Shown: positions 22,401 to 38,009, numbered from the stretch's first letter. The stretch is 64,000 bases of DNA from Stylophora pistillata (GCF_002571385.2 NW_019217805.1:1137285-1201284); one strand, 5' to 3'. Notes: generated by a model from the sequence alone, not told the origin. Made by a program: numbers and translations.

Positions 22401-25400
22401 CTCAGTAGCTGCATGGATTTGATTAACGTTTGTGTACAAAACAACAACAATTTACTCTCTTAACCAAAAGTTGGACAAAAGTCCTCGAATTGGTCTTTAC
22501 ATATACTAACCGACCGCAGACAAAGCTCAAGAACGCAGTTTGAATTGCAATTTTTTTCCACGTTCAGTTTTCTATTAAATTTTAAATGAAAAAAGCGAAC
22601 AACATTTTTCGCGGGCGTCTTTAGAATCCATGGTTTCTTGCTAAGATACACAGCCTGCTTGGGAACGATGCGGCGATCAAAAGCCAAATATTAGGTACAT
22701 AAAATTACCGCGGTCCTCTAAGGCCATACAATAACGAACAAGACAATTTTTGATGCGTTTGTGAAATACGGTAACTGAGCATAACTCCTGATGCGATTGT
22801 TGAAACTCTGTATCTGATTTGAGAAATAAGGCTTTTCTTTTCTTATAGACGGGTAGATCACTCAATTGTTTTACATTAAACTTTAATTTTGTCAGCACAT
22901 GGCCATTATCTATTCACTTGCCTGGGGGAAGAATTTCAGACAAAATATGCATGCGCAGAATTTTGAATGTAAACGAAAACACCATACATCTTACTATGAA
23001 ACTAAAATGAAAGATGGGAAACCTGCGCGAAATTAAAATAAATTAGGGAAATAAGTCGGGTGAAGGTCTCCATCTTTCCATAAACGAAATAATCAAAGTA
23101 GAGTTTTTTTGCGCGTAGCCGACGAGGAAACATTGCAAAAGACAAATTGGAACGTCGCATTTTATGTCTAGCGTGTAAGGGAGTTTTGTATTTCGCTTGT
23201 TAGTGAGTCGGAACGCGACTAGAGGAAGTTGAATGGTGAGTCTCAGATGCATTAGGTAATAAATAAATGTACATGCGTAAACAGAGGAATATCTTACGCT
23301 AGGTTCAAGGTCTTAGTAAATATCCATGGATATTTGAACTTCAAGAGTGGCATGTACTTCTAAAAGTAAAATTAACAACCTATTGTGTACCGCGGTCACC
23401 GCAAAGGTGGACGCCTCCAATATGCTTTTATTTCTGCAAGAAAACTTTAACTGTCAATCAAAATAATAAATACACGATGAGAACTCCAGATTTTATTGTT
23501 TTACTTGAATTACAAAAGAAGGGCACAAAACAAGGTCCTAAAAATAACAACTCATGTTTTCCATTAAGCAGTGACTTGAACACTGTGCGGCGGTGAACTT
23601 GCTGCACGGACATCTCAGGATTTGGTGGCAAGACTTTTTCGACATCACAGAAAGTTGGAAATTCTGGAAGGTAAGAGGGTTTTTCAGTGGCAACTGGGCA
23701 CCAAAAGATTTGTAACTTAGGGAAACCGCGAGCATTTTGCCTCCCATCTCTACACGTCCTTTCGTTGCATGGGAATATCAAAGAAGGCATATTTCTGTTG
23801 GCTTCCATAGAATTTTGCCAGCGAACGATCCGTGTTTTAACTTTCTATTCCTAAGAATCCATCCTTTGCTGGGCTACGGGTTTGTTTTGCAGTCAGATTA
23901 GACAATCGTTTTAGTTTAGGGGTGAACTCCCCAACGGTGGTATAGCTTTATTAATGATTGCAGCGGGCAAATTTCTAAGTTAAAGTCTGGGGTTAAATGG
24001 ACGTTTTCCATCTTCTTCATGCCGCCACGAAGGAAAATATAATCCCTGCAAGTCTACGTGTTCATCCTAAAACTGATCTCTTGATGATAGAGCCTAAGTT
24101 GTATCCCGAGCTTCTGAGCGTGCGATTCGGTGCTGGATTTCCAGTGACTTGGAAAATTATTTTTACCTTTAAGGCCTCGATTACTAACAATTGCTTTGCT
24201 GCGTCATTCAGCTTCAAAGTTCTGCACTACAGTACAAAACAGCCCCGCTTATTGCTCTGATTATGCCCAGAATGCCGAAATCAAGTTTACTCATGCCATT
24301 TTTCCAAATGTTCTCTATTTCAAAAATTTCCATGTACTGTGTACTCTGCAATCTTCAGAAATAACCAAGACGTAGACTTGAAGTGAGCAAAGCTTTCTTT
24401 CGGAACTTTTCAAATTTGCTAGAACATCCAAATCGATATTGAGATAGATACACTACTCTTTTTTTCTCAATGTTTCATGAAAAGTTTTCAAATCAAAATT
24501 TTCGGTTCTTGGAACGGATTAACAGAAATATGTAGCGGAGATCACTTCATGTCTTGATTTTATTTTCTGATAAACTCCTGTCTTAGAATAAAATCGGGAC
24601 GGAAATTTAGTCCACTAACAGTAAAATTCATGTTTATGATAGGGACGTAATTAAATTTTCACGATATGTCCACAACGGATAATTCATAGCGAAAGAACAC
24701 GGATGAGTAATTTGATTTAAGTTCTTTCCTTCAATGGGTTGGCGGCTGTCGCTTAACATTGAATCTACTCTATAAACGTCTTACGTTTTTGATACATATA
24801 TCTTATATAAATAATCAATAATATTGAAATCACTTGACACGCTCAGAAAGCTCAGATTTATTATTAATAATTTGCCTGTTTGTTTTAGTTTTTCACCTGA
24901 ACGCAGCTTTTTTACCCCTAGAAACAATTTTTTAGCAAACACGAAGCAACGTTTTTATCTGCTCTCTCTTTGGTGAGCGACTGATATATCTGAGCTAAGT
25001 CTTGCAGATAAAGATCCAGTCTTGATGAATATCAAGCCAATTTGGTCAACTAGAGACAAGGCTTGGTTTCCCTTTCAATATGACATTCATCGTTAAACTT
25101 TGCGACTTTCCTTTCAAAATTAATTTTACCGCACAATGATGGTTTTTCGATACCTAATGGCGCCTTATTTTCCTGTGACTAGCTTTTAAAGATGGCAATC
25201 TCCTAACAAAACTACAGCACAAAGTGGAAGAAATGATAAGTTTCATTTTTTTCATTACCAACGATGGGTCTCTGCGTTATTTTTTGTGAGACGCGATGGT
25301 TAATGCTCGCAACAGCGTGAAGTTAACGAGTTGGTAAATGACTTTTCACACTTTGTTACATGTTTATTGCCGAGTACAAAAGGAAAATGTGTGCAAAACT

Positions 25401-27105
25401 GGCCTATTGATATATTTGCTTTTGCAGGAGATCATTTCATCGCTTTTAAATCGACGATTAGACTGCTTTAGGAATACAAAACGATCGATGATCAAACCTT
25501 AAGGCGAAGTGTTAACTCATTGCATCCAAAAAATCTATTTCATACTGATGTGACGGTTTTGTTATGAGCCGATTGAACGTTCTATCCCTTCCGCGATCAA
25601 AGATTCTGTTGCTTCTTAGCGATCATTCGCTGATCAACACGTGCGTTCCAGCTGATTTATACACGATTGCCTAGATACTACTCTCTGAATTCTAACATAC
25701 AATAGGTAATACAAGCTTGGCGGTATAGAAATTAAAAACAAATTATTCCATGCTCAATATTGATATGCAAATAAAACGGGCCCTACGCTGAATAGGCCGT
25801 GATTGGTGGAAATGTTTCCATTAAGGTGACCAAGAAAATAATGGCCGCAATGATTTTTCCCCTCATCCACGTTCAGTTTCTTGAACTCACAAACAGTAAC
25901 GAACTTGTTAGGCTTCCAGCAGCGTAACGAACGTTAACCGTTTCTTCCTGTTCTTTTTTTTCCCCTTGTTAACTCCTGCAGCTAACAAAAGAGTCCTTGG
26001 TCCTCTTTGTAAACAAGTCGCCAAGGGGCACCAGCGGCTCCTTAACCTGTCGGTCCCAATCTCTCGCGGTCCGAGCTAAATTGTCTTGTTTAAACTTGGG
26101 CAAAGCGCTACCTTTCTGGTATCATTGAAAACTTTGTCGCACTTTTGTTTTGTCCTCTTTTCTTTATTCATTTTTTAAACGGAACAAGTAGAGATTTTAT
26201 TAAAAGATGCGCCTATGTGTCGCGCCATACACAGTCAGAATTTCTAACAGCGTGTTGTTCGGTGCTGTAAGCACGCGCGTGTAATCTTACAGCAAGCGTG
26301 TTTGCTACAGACGAGAAGACGTTTGGCTAATGGCGAACACCTGTGCCTGATCCTTTTACATCATACAAAGAAAGACAAAGAAATTCGCTTAACCAGCTGT
26401 TGAATGCGGAGTTGAAAAACTCAACGGTCATTAAACGGAAATTAAGTTAAAATAAACCGGACACCCTGGCCAAAGAAACAACAAAAACTGCACAGAACTT
26501 TTGTTAGAGCACAGCAAAAATGTTATTTTTAGTTTGCTTCCGGCACATCTAAGTCGCTTAATGCAATTCCACTTCAAGAAGCGGATCATGTCTTCGAGTT
26601 TATAACAATACTCGCTTAGGCACGTGGCGAGTGTCTGAGTTAATTGTTTGCGCGTGCCGCGATGTATGGTTGTATATCTAACAGCTACAGAGCAATTAAG
26701 TGAATGACAATTGACAATGGTCTCTGACACACGCGCCTTAAGCAAACCACGCTAGGCCTAAAACAATGCAGCCTATTGTCTCTGAAGCTTGTAACCAAGA
26801 CACGGTCGTAGTTCCCTACTCTCACTGTCACACATTGGGCGTTTTTGATAGTTGTACTCTGGTGTATAAGGACAGCTAGTGGCTAATTGGGACCCGGCCG
26901 ATCCATGGGCGGTGTATAAAAACTACAAAACTTTAGTTAACAACGACGGCGTATAAACAAAAACTTGGGTTCAAAACCAGCACTCACACCAAGTAGTTAA
27001 TCAGAGCAGCATTTGCAGCGAGAGATCTCAAAAACAGTTCTAACAAACTTGATTTTCTGACAGACGTTGGAAAAGGCAACTCAAAGTGGAATCAGGGTCT
27101 AAACA

Positions 27106-30100
27106 ATGCCTCGAGGATCAGGTGAGTTGAAATGGTTCAGATTATTTGTCCTTTTTTTTCCACCAGAGCGTAGCTATGTAATTAGACTCTCTGAGCGACG
27201 CAGGCTGCAATTATCGCCGAGATAGAATAAATCAGAGCTCTGTCAACATGGTTGTGCCTAAGGCACGCAACTGCATCCAGATTTACTCTTTAGGTGTTTG
27301 AGATGCGTGTTTCTGTGCGGTTTCTATGACTCGCAGGGAATAATTGTTAACTACCTGAACAGCATAGCTCTACAGATTACTGTTGTACGCAGTATATCAC
27401 GCGAGGACTACACTCTCTAACAACTGTGACACCGCAGATTTCACTTTTTCATTTGAGTGTTAGATCGACTTTCGCTTTAGCCGGTGATAATTTCTTTACA
27501 AAATTGGAAACTAGCAAACTTATATTGCGTGTATTTTGATGATAGGCGCACAAATATACACTCGAGAGTGTAAATATACTTATATCCGGTAAAATGAGGT
27601 CTGGATTTTAGACTTTCCATTACTTTGACAGCAAATGCGAGGTTTTTTCGAGGATTTTTACAAGTTACTCTCTTTTTAAGTTAATAAACAAATTATTCAA
27701 AAGGCAACTGTTTAGCTAATATCACTTTTATCGAAGAATTCAGGAGATAATTCCTAACAATACCAGACGGAATGCTCATTGATTTTTGGAACAAATCTCC
27801 ATTTGCCGTCTGTGGCAAACTTTTCAACTTTCTAACATTCCACTGTGGGAGTTTTACGCGAAATACTTCGCAGAATTGACCTTTCAAGTTTACTTTTCCC
27901 TTATTGCTGATATTTAGCGTTGATTCGACACCCAGTAACTAATAAAACACGACCAAAAGATCAAATAAACTCGCTCTGTTTAGAATCACTCTCGGACGAA
28001 AATGTAAATTACGAACTCGTTTGTAAAGAATAGCGCGTGCCACTAATTAGTGCTCGATTTCTGATTGGCGGGCAGCCAAGCGAAACCTCAAAGACAATAG
28101 ATATTATAAAATTATCCTCGGTCGTCTTTTGTTCTCATAAGAAAGAGGCATGTGGCCTGGAGCCTCTTAACTGATACAACTCACTGTCTCGAAAATCATA
28201 AATCAATCTGAAGCGCGATAAGGTTCATTTGCAACTTTATCTAAAAAAATCTGCGTGTAATGGATATGAAATTAACATGTCATCAAAATTTCCGTGAAAA
28301 AAATGACATTAGTACAAGAAATATTGAACTTTACAGAAGTGAGAAACAGTCAGCGACGCCGCACTGTTTAAAAGATAATTTTTTAACATATAAAAAATGA
28401 TGATTTGTTTATCATTTGTGTTAAAATTTGGTATTTCCAATGTTAGAACGCACGTTTTAAAATCGATTACCTTCGATCTCAAATAATGATAAAAAAAAGC
28501 TTACACTGATGAAAACATATTCGATCCGCCAAATTAACTGCAATCTACCGTCATTTCTCTTCGGCTTTCTTTACGAATCATGAAACTTGGCATTAAACCA
28601 CGAGAAAGTTGAAAATCAGAAACAAATCTCTTCAGTAAATGTAACCGAATTTAAATCCGTAATCTTTATGAAATTTCTCAAGGATACTATTACATTCGAT
28701 TAATTGAAGTTAAATATATTTATGTATAAGCATTCTAAAAAGGGATTTCGACGTTTTAATGCAGAGTCTCAACTAAAATAGTGTACGCTTAATTAATTAC
28801 GAAAAATTTAGAAGACAACAAAAGCCACGCAAATAACTAGAGAAGCCATACAGGGGCGGATACTGTTTTCACACCTTGCAAAAACGTTGAAATGCAATGC
28901 TGGCTTTTTTTTTTCCTAAAACACGTTTTTTGATTGGTCCCCTGTTGATATAGAACTGAACGTTAAAGTGACCGTTTATTTCCACCATTCCAGCAGGTTC
29001 TTTAGAGTATTAATGTGTGGATATTTACATAACAACACAACTAACAACAAGACCGAAAAAACACCTCAAACTCACAACGAACATGGAATTAGAGTTTGAA
29101 TTTGGCGGTATCCTCACACCTTTAACACTTTAAAGACTCTATCCGTGCCATCTAAGATGCGAAAGAATAAAAGATTTAGCGCCTTCTCGGCGGAGTCTTG
29201 AAATCTAGCGCGTTTTAAATAACAGAAGGGTTGCTTGGCTTTTTTTCTCGTGCGTTCTAGTGTGTACTTTCATTCACTTTGTTTTTGTCGTTGAATGTAA
29301 GACAGATTAACCTCAAAATATCCACGCTAAGCTTGGCTTTCACTAGCAAACTAAGCACAAACATATAAGCATAACAATCTTATTTTACTGTGAAAACGGC
29401 TTCGACGCAAGCATAAAATTAATCAGGCGCAAATACAAGGATCAGAATTTTTTTCTTTTCTTGTGCTCGCGTCAAAGCCGTTTTCGCGGAAAAATCAGAG
29501 TTTTGTGCTTATGTTTGTGCTTGTGTCGCTATTGAAAACCCAGATTTAAAGTTGAGTGATAAAAGGGGTAACAGTTTTAACTTAAAGCACTAATCCTAAA
29601 AGCTTGCCCCTGTCAGGACAATTGGAATTATTCAATATTGTTCAGTGTTGTTTTTTTTTTTTATCTTAGCCGCATCGTAGCTCCCAGGCATCTACGGTCT
29701 TACTGTCCCCTGCTGTTTTTTACTTAACGCTAACTACTTTATTTGCAGGTCAACAAACAATATATTCCAACAGCCACTATGTGTCGCATAGCAAACTTCA
29801 ATCGCCGTTGACAATTCAGTGGTATGTACATAAAATATCAGTGGTTTGTTAGAAATACGACCTCAAGTTGGTCACCTAAAGTAACTGTGGTCAGTGACAC
29901 GGGAAAAACAACCAGTGAACATACAAACTGAACTTTATTGTTTTAATCGATTTGAACATCACAGGATTGAGTACACAACCTTTTGATTGTCTGCCACCGA
30001 GAGAATAAATAATTTTGAAACTTTTGAAAAGTAAGCAAATATAGAAACACTTTTGGCACGATATGTATAAAAATTCTATAAACCGAAGCCATCGTCTTTT

Positions 30101-33100
30101 CGGATAGGAAAAGAAACTTATAGTCATTAAGAGGCAGCGTAGAGCCATGCGCTTTACCGGCTTCAGTAACAATCAAGAGACGAATAAAACTGCATGTTTC
30201 TAGAGCACGAGTTTAAGACATAACTAAATATTTTACCATTGCAGGCTTCTTATTTTGCTAGTACCGCCAGTTTTGTGTGTTAATTTGAAACTTAGCGCTC
30301 TTTTATAGATCAGTTTTAGTCCTTGTGCGGTTATATATATTCATGTAATTTAATTTGGGTGCATGGTCCGAAAACTTATACCGACGTTACATTCTGTTTT
30401 ACTCTGCAGGCTAAATGAAAACTACGAAGTTTCTGAAGGAGTCAGTTTGCCTCGGAGCGCACTATATTCCCATTACTTGGACTTTTGTGAAAAGAATAAC
30501 TTAGCTCCAGTTAATGCAGCTAGTTTTGGCAAAGTATGGAATGCTTTTTTTTTTCTTTCAATAAACATCCCCCACAAATAAAAGCCTAACACAAAGTTTG
30601 TGACAAAGCAATGAAAAATCTCCTTGACAACAATAATAAGAACAAAATCATTTCGTTTATCTTTCGCTGATGTAAACCAACTCGTGCATCATATAAGCGT
30701 ATGCAAAGTAGGTGGACATCAATAAGAACAAAAACATTTCGTTTATCACTTCTTTCCTTTTTATAGATAATTCGCCATACCTTTCCGAATTTAAAGACCA
30801 GAAGGCTTGGAACACGTGGTCAGTCCAAGTAAGTAAAATCTTATGGTAATGTTAGATATGAAGGTTATAAACCTACCCAGGGGGGTCGATAACAAGTTAT
30901 CAACCGATTGTGGAACTACTTAGGATTATGTATATAAAATGCCGAAAGAAAGCTAAATACAAAGAAAAGAAATAATTACTTATTCAGAGGTTATAATAAA
31001 ATGCTTTCTCCTGCGTTTTTTTTTTTTTTTCGTTTGAAGTGGAAAATCAGCATGCTACATTAACCAAACAAAGCAACTTGAAGAAAGAAATTAAACAAGA
31101 GACAAACTGGCCCAAAAAGTTGCAGTTGACTAGAAACATGTATTCGTGTAAAATTTGAAAGTCTTTCTGTTTTTTGCTTTTTATATATATACACCTCCTA
31201 ATCTTACAGACATCAAGTAATCTTCCTATAACTTTTTAACAAACACGTGGCTACACAATTGAACCCGTTAACTTGTTCAGACCATTGTATGTATCTGAAT
31301 AGCTCGTTAGCATTCCATTAAACAATTGACGAAGATAATGAATCGTTTTCAAAAAACGCTACTCTCCTTTTGTTTGAAAAGCTATCGATCTTTATTCTAT
31401 TTGGTAAATGAAACATAGGGCGATGAGTAACTTGTTTACTAGAGCCTGGTAGAAATCGGTGATAGGCAGTTTCCCGTGTAAAGCTTTTACTGAACGATTT
31501 CAAATATTACGTCTGATTTTTAAAAAAAAAAAAAAACTGGTTGCCTAGGCTTCCAATGTAAAACGTTTCTGCCCTGAAGACAAATCGAGGCGTGGGCGTT
31601 TGTTGCCGGCTTTGAGTGTTTTCCGGCATCAGAATTCGTGGGGGATTTTTCGCTTTAAAACTTTTGATGATCTCAAGTAGTTTTTCTGTAGCAATGGATA
31701 GTTGCTTAGCCTCTTTGAAAAAAGGTTTCAATGTGAGGAAAAAAAATTCTTCTGCTCTCTGAAGAAAACCAAACAGCCCTTAGGCGTTTGTTAGAAGCAC
31801 GTGTGATCAAGCGCATCTAAAACCTTTCCCGAAAGTATCCAGGCTTTGTTCCTTTGAACTGTGTCAGCCAATTTTATTCGCAACCAAAGAAGGTGTCGAT
31901 GAAATATTTTTCATTTAGCTTAGGAGTTCACTGCAATGTTTTATTTTTTAAAGGAGAGGAACAAAAAGTTCCAAACAAAAAAGAATAACACAATGAAAGA
32001 TTCATCGCTATAAAAACTTTCAGTTAGAGACAGCAACCAAATTTATATCACAATGAAGAACACGCAATTGATCGGTCATCGCATGCAAAGTCACCACAAA
32101 AATGAAAGATATGTTTAATTGCGATAAATACATTCCTGTTTTGATTTTTCATGATGAAAATTTGGGTTTATATGCAGCAATGCTGTCATAAAATACACGA
32201 TGAAAAGCCAGACTGTTCATTCATAACAGTTCTTTAATTTCATGCATTTCCCACAAAACAGTCTAATTTGCAAACAGATTCAATGTTGCCGTGCGTTTGT
32301 CCAGTGACAGATCACAGATGACGTCAACATGCGGTGAGAACAAAAGCGTGACACACGAGGCGCTGCCGAGCTCGTCATTGATGCTCTTACCACATTTTGA
32401 CATCTTCTGTGAACGAACCCGCGGCAACATGGAATATGTTTGTTTATGCGATAAAGAAGCAAAATGTTGTTAATGATGACATCATCAATGCGTCTATCCT
32501 CTAATAGACAATAAGTAAGAACCAATCAAAATACGTGTGGGATTTAGTTTATCATATGACAAAAAATTTAAAGTCGTTCGTTTATTGCCAGGTATCACTA
32601 CTATGGAATCACCATTAAATCAACATCTCCATATCATGACACTGTCTGCAATGCAGCAAGGCAAAGTAACACCGGGTAAGACATGTTCATGGAAAATAAG
32701 TCGACTGCTCAACATTGAATAAACCCCTGAAGTATGATACTACCAGCGTCCTCTCAAAAAAACCCTGCAATCTAATTGGCTACACTACTCGCTGTCAATT
32801 CTTTGATGTATAGTGAGTTGAAGTTTACTAAGAGACCAGTCATTATTCCTCACCTCGGGAGCAGGGGGGGAGGGGAGGCAGAGGATTTTGAAGGGGAACA
32901 CTTGATTTTCAGAGGAAACGGAGAGATTATTAGTCGTCGCTAACAGACTATCAAAAGAAGGACTGTAGAAATTCCCTGCCGATGGGACTGGGTCATAAGG
33001 ATACTACAGAGCCTTATGGGAGGAACACTGAGGTAAATTTTATTGGGACACACCAAAGTCCTCCCCCCCCCCCCCGCTCGATCCCTTACGTAATCTCTCT

Positions 33101-33647
33101 CCAAATCTTTCTTTTAAAAAACTTTATCAGCCAAAACAGGGATTACCGCACAAAATCTTAGAATTTGATATTTTTTCTCAGTTTTAGCCAATCATACAGC
33201 AAAACGGACATAGATGAGAGAAGTCAGGGAAATACAATTCATAAGAGCAATCATGGGACTAATTCGTGTGTCACCGCGGCGCCAGGAGGGACGCTATTGC
33301 CTGACTTCCCTAAGCCCAGCAAGTTGACCTTACCGGAGGACGTTCCCCAGGAGAAAGTGAGAGAATATGCTCGATTATTAAGGATACAAATAGCAATAAA
33401 GTTTTTATCATATAAGGGGCAAAATTACTTAATTGTGATTGTTCAAGACAGAGGGCATTTTTTCTTAATTTTTGTAATTGCCCCGGGCAAAATTACTTGA
33501 AAATGATTGGCTGAAAATCGCTTAGCAACGGCTGCCAAGGTAAAGAAATTTCTCTTTGTTTTGTAACAATGGCGTCCCGTTTAGCGCGAGATCAGTGAGA
33601 AAACATTTTTCCCCTTATATTATAAACAAGTAATCACATGGTTCCTC

Positions 33648-33680
<33 letters not shown>

Positions 33681-36600
33681 GAAGTTGCAGAAATTGCCCT
33701 CGTCGACGCGCGCGTGATATTAATCATTAATTTTACTCGGCCCCATGCGATTACCTATACCAATGGTACGGTAAACATTTCTTAGATTAGTAATTGAGAA
33801 ATTTAAGAGAACAGAATAATTTATCTCGGGAGTGGTGGGGATCACTCGGTTTTTATGGGGAGGGGAGGGGGGTCATTTGTCGCTAACAGAGTAAAAAACG
33901 CAACCAAGCTCCTCCGATCTCCCTCTCCACCCCCTCCCTTGGGATCCTTAGGTAAACCCGGCAATTAATGAGCCTCTGATACTTTGGCCTCTGACACTCT
34001 TTTCGAAGGCTTAAAATGGACTCAAACGATATTTTTTTTTTCACAGGTCAAAACGTTTCTCATCATGTACCGTGCACACTGCCAAAGAATTCTAGACACC
34101 ATCCTGAGAGCAAACTTTGGAGAGGTAAGTTGCTTAATGACATAGAGAGTGTTAAATTACTTGAAGACCTGATTGAATTTATTTATTTTTTGTTCATTTG
34201 TTTATCTATTTATTTCTTTGTTTACTTTTGATAACCACGCCATCTCACCGGGCCAAAATCTTTGTTAAGTTGAGGGCAAGAGAATTCCTCGTTAATGGTA
34301 ACTTGCCATTTGAATTCTTAGGTGCAGAATTTCTTAGTTCACTTTTGGCAAGGTATGCCAAGTCACATGCTGGAAGTGCTCAGTTGCAGCGAAGTTGTAG
34401 ACCTAATTGGTCAGTGTGACACCATCCTATACAAAGCTATCAGCGGAGTCTTAATTCCCGGAACTCTTCAGCCTTTACCAGCAAGGTACGATCGTTTGTC
34501 ATTGTGCAAAATAATTAAGTACATATATAAATGATAGAGATTTCAAAATCAACCACAGCCCAAACTTTTGCACATGTTCCTTCCTTTCGAATTCTCCTTT
34601 TTTCTCTTTCTCTCCTTTTACTCTCTTCAGTTGCTTACATTCGAATTCCTTCTTTTATGTCAAAAATATAAATGTCTTATTTTGAAGTTGAGGCCTCTAT
34701 TTTCGCGCCCTTTTATTGCCAGACGCCACCTTGTTGCGTTTCAGTCATTGGATTTTATTGCCTTTTTGCACAAAATTGCTAAGCCGCGATTTTAGAGACA
34801 ATTCACTACCAGCGCTTTTTATCTCAAAAAATTAAGCTTTTCTTATCAGGTTATAGTTTCGTTCTGTTACTGAGATCTTTTTTTTACTGAGTAGATATGA
34901 TTATTTGATTGCAGTTTGACTCAAGCAATCCGTCAGTTTGCACAACAGCTGGACGAGTGGTTGACTGAATCTCTGGCTCATTTGCCAGAACCATTACAGA
35001 ACAAAAAATTGGCAGGTGAGAAAGCGTGATATTTAAGTATTTTGCTACGAATAAGATACCAGCATCACGCCTGTGAATAGGACGCCATAATCATTTTCCT
35101 TTACCGTGCCGTTTTTTTCAGTTGCTAAGAGTTTCTCCCACTCTCTAAGGAGGCAGACGTCTTTAACACATCTTGCACAGGTTAGAAAAACAAAGCTATC
35201 ATTGTTTTACAGTAAACAACTGGAATCGGATGACTATTGGATGACAGTGGTTTGCCTCCGGGGAACAGCCGTTCGTGCTTCATGATTTCACCGATACTAG
35301 TTCTTCTCAAGACTGCTCTTAGCCGGGCGAAAATATGACGTGATAAAATACGTATCTTTATTTGATTGAATGGCCATTTTTTTACTCTCTTCACCTACTG
35401 GATAAATTGTTAAATTTCTTGAAAAAATCGGGGCAGTCAAAAAAGTGGGAAAACAACAGAGCAACATCAACGAAACAAAGTAAAAAAAAATTGAACCACT
35501 TTGAGACTTGAAACAAATGTAACTTACCGTTCCATATGATGTGATCTCTTGAATTTATGGTTGCTTTAATTTGTCGCTTAGTTTTTAAAAATGTCCTCTT
35601 CGTTTATTGCCAGGCTGCTCGAACAGTATTGCACAGCGCAGAGCCTGTATCCCAGATGCTAAACGATTGGAAGCAAATTGACTTCGAAGGAATAGCCCGT
35701 CAGGCCATGTGGACCTTCAGCGAATCGGCAAAGGACGATTATGAATTAGTTTATGAGCGTAAGTGTGAGCGAAAAACTAATTTGAATTGTTTTCCTTGCA
35801 CTTTAAATCTGACGCAGTAAGTTTAGTCTTATTAACAAGATTTTACTGGTTTACTCAAATTTGCAGACTATAAAGAGTTTACGCAGCTTCTCGATCAGCA
35901 AGCAACCATAGATCAGTATGCCGAATGGGCGTCTAGCTTGGTTAACCGCTGTGTTATGAAGGTAAATACAGTACATGTATAGTGGCCGTACTAACGTAAG
36001 GTCCTCTCAGGCAAATGCACAAGGTGTGATATTCTCTTTGAGAGTTGATTTTTCAGATGCATGGCATGAATCATTTATCAAAACACTCTAATGATGAAAA
36101 AGCGAAGGGTGTTTCTCAAAATATTTATAATGCGCTGAACTCGAAAGGTTCATCTTCGGGCTTTTGCCATTTGTTGAGTCCCAGGTTAGGATAATTAATT
36201 TCCACAACCTCTATCCACCCAGGGTATAGGTGCCACCAAACTGTAAGAGAAATTTGAAATATGTTTGAAAAGGAATAACAAGCGCTGAAGCACTGAACCC
36301 AGTATAGGCTCTGTCAGGCGGGGGTTCTGGATTTTAACCAGTTGGTTAATAATGTCTGGTCCCTTAACCCGTCTAACTTTGTACTGAGCAATATTTTAAC
36401 ATTCCCTCAAAGTTCGAATTATCTCTCTTCCTTTCAGCAAGTGGAGGAGACAGGAAAAACTTACAAGGAGTGCTCAAAAGATTTCCTTCTCAAATGGTCC
36501 TTTTTCAGCATAAAAATTGTGCGGGAACTGACATTGCACAGCGCTCACAGCTTCGGTGAGACTTTTCTATACACAATTAAGATGGTCCTGCTGCTTCAGA

Positions 36601-37979
36601 CCTTAACATTTTTGCTTGCATACAAGTTTTAAAGCCACGGGTACGATCGTTTTAACTGACCCGTTGTTGATCTATTGCAGGCTCATTTCACTTACTGCAC
36701 ATGCTCCTAGAGGATTACATCCTTTACACGGTTGAAAACCACAACAATGTGGATGAACTTTCGGTCCAATCCTCTGTTCGCGGTGCCAAGGAGACCAACG
36801 TTCTAGAAGGTTGGTGTTGGGTAACTAACTCGTTCAGCATAAACTGAGTTTATGCTGAACGAGTTAGTTACCCCCTTTAATCCAAGATTAGCCAAGTGAA
36901 GGTTTAGGTATCTTCAAAAAATGTTCCACAATTCTGTTTTCAGTCCGTCATATTTCAGTTCCCCAATTTTTTCGTTCATATCATCCCTTTATCCATTCTA
37001 GTCCCTTTCCATTTTCAATGCTTAAAGTGTAACGTAAAATATTGCCACAAACCTCATTTAAAACAGAGTTATAAACAATGTCAATGATGTTGTGAGTAAT
37101 TCATAGCTATGAAAAAGTTTAAAAGAGAGAACTAACAAATCGAATAACTTTTTTGTCGCAGATTCTACGAGCGAAAGCATGGAAATTGAGGTCGTTGGGC
37201 CGAGGTCCACTGTTGCGATGAAGACTGCTTGTCGAAGACATTCAAGTTCTTCTTCAATCGGTTCTCACAGAGGCTCCAGAGAATTGCCTCCTCAAAGAAG
37301 TCCAGTACCGCCCGCTATGATGCGTTCTTCGTATCACGACATGTCACCCCATCCCATGATGCCGATGACGCCTACCACACCAACAAACAACAACAACAAC
37401 AACAACAATATAGGGAAATACCCCATGATGGCGGAACAGGGCCACTTCCTGTATCCATCGCCTGAAGCCTATGGAGCAAGGTACGGTTATGGGCCTAGCC
37501 AGGGTAGCTTGATGCCCTCTATGAGTCATGGGAACAGCTTTGCCCCGACCGGCGGGAGTGACGGGGGAATTGCCATGGGAGACTTTGACATGTCGACTAG
37601 TTATGCGACAGATGGAACTGCATATGCCGCTGGTCGGTCTAAAACCGGCATGGCGGACTCCAACTACGCAGTTATGAATCCTTCAGCCAACATGGCGGCC
37701 TATGATTACAGAGGGATCTCTCCAATGGACCATATGAAGCATTATTCTCAGTACCCTCTCTCGGAACGAAGCTATCCTTCCAGTTACATGTTTCCAACGA
37801 CTGCAATAACGACAAACGCCATGTATCCTCTGTCGGGAGTCAGGGGCAGCACCAATGACAGGTTTTATCCGGATGTGCTCGAGGAGTTCGTGGACATGCA
37901 GGCTGCAATGCATCATGGGATACCACCTCGATCTGTGAGGTCGGATTACCCTTACACGCCCGCAATCCTGAGCAATTAG
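27106..37979 (+). CDS. RFX4: RFX-family winged-helix transcription factor, RFX4-like (DNA-binding domain, B/C and dimerisation regions, low-complexity C-terminus)
   Basis: Spliced [75 protein letters not shown]; [20 protein letters not shown] and GQSKY are RFX4-type rather than RFX6-type residues. Exons: 27106-27121 (start less certain), 29749-29821, 30410-30533, 30767-30828, 32592-32675, 33188-33356, 34047-34124, 34322-34485, 34915-35015, 35122-35180, 35614-35758, 35867-35961, 36438-36555, 36681-36809, 37162-37979 (TAG). All phases are consistent. Confidence 0.9.
37162..37979 (+). CDS. RFX4: RFX4-like terminal exon, Ser/Pro/Met/Tyr/Gly-rich with poly-Asn
   Basis: ORF 37179..37979, tcgcag| acceptor at 37161, phase 1 matches the preceding donor at 36809. 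Confidence 0.85.
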
Positions 37980-38009
37980 ATATTTTGGGTGGTGTTGAGG
38001 AAAAAAAAA

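Noticed and set aside
19600-27000. Numerous 60-116 aa ORFs in the intergenic regions (also 49.7-59.7 kb)
   Set aside because: No recognisable domains, no coherent splice structure, and lengths expected by chance.
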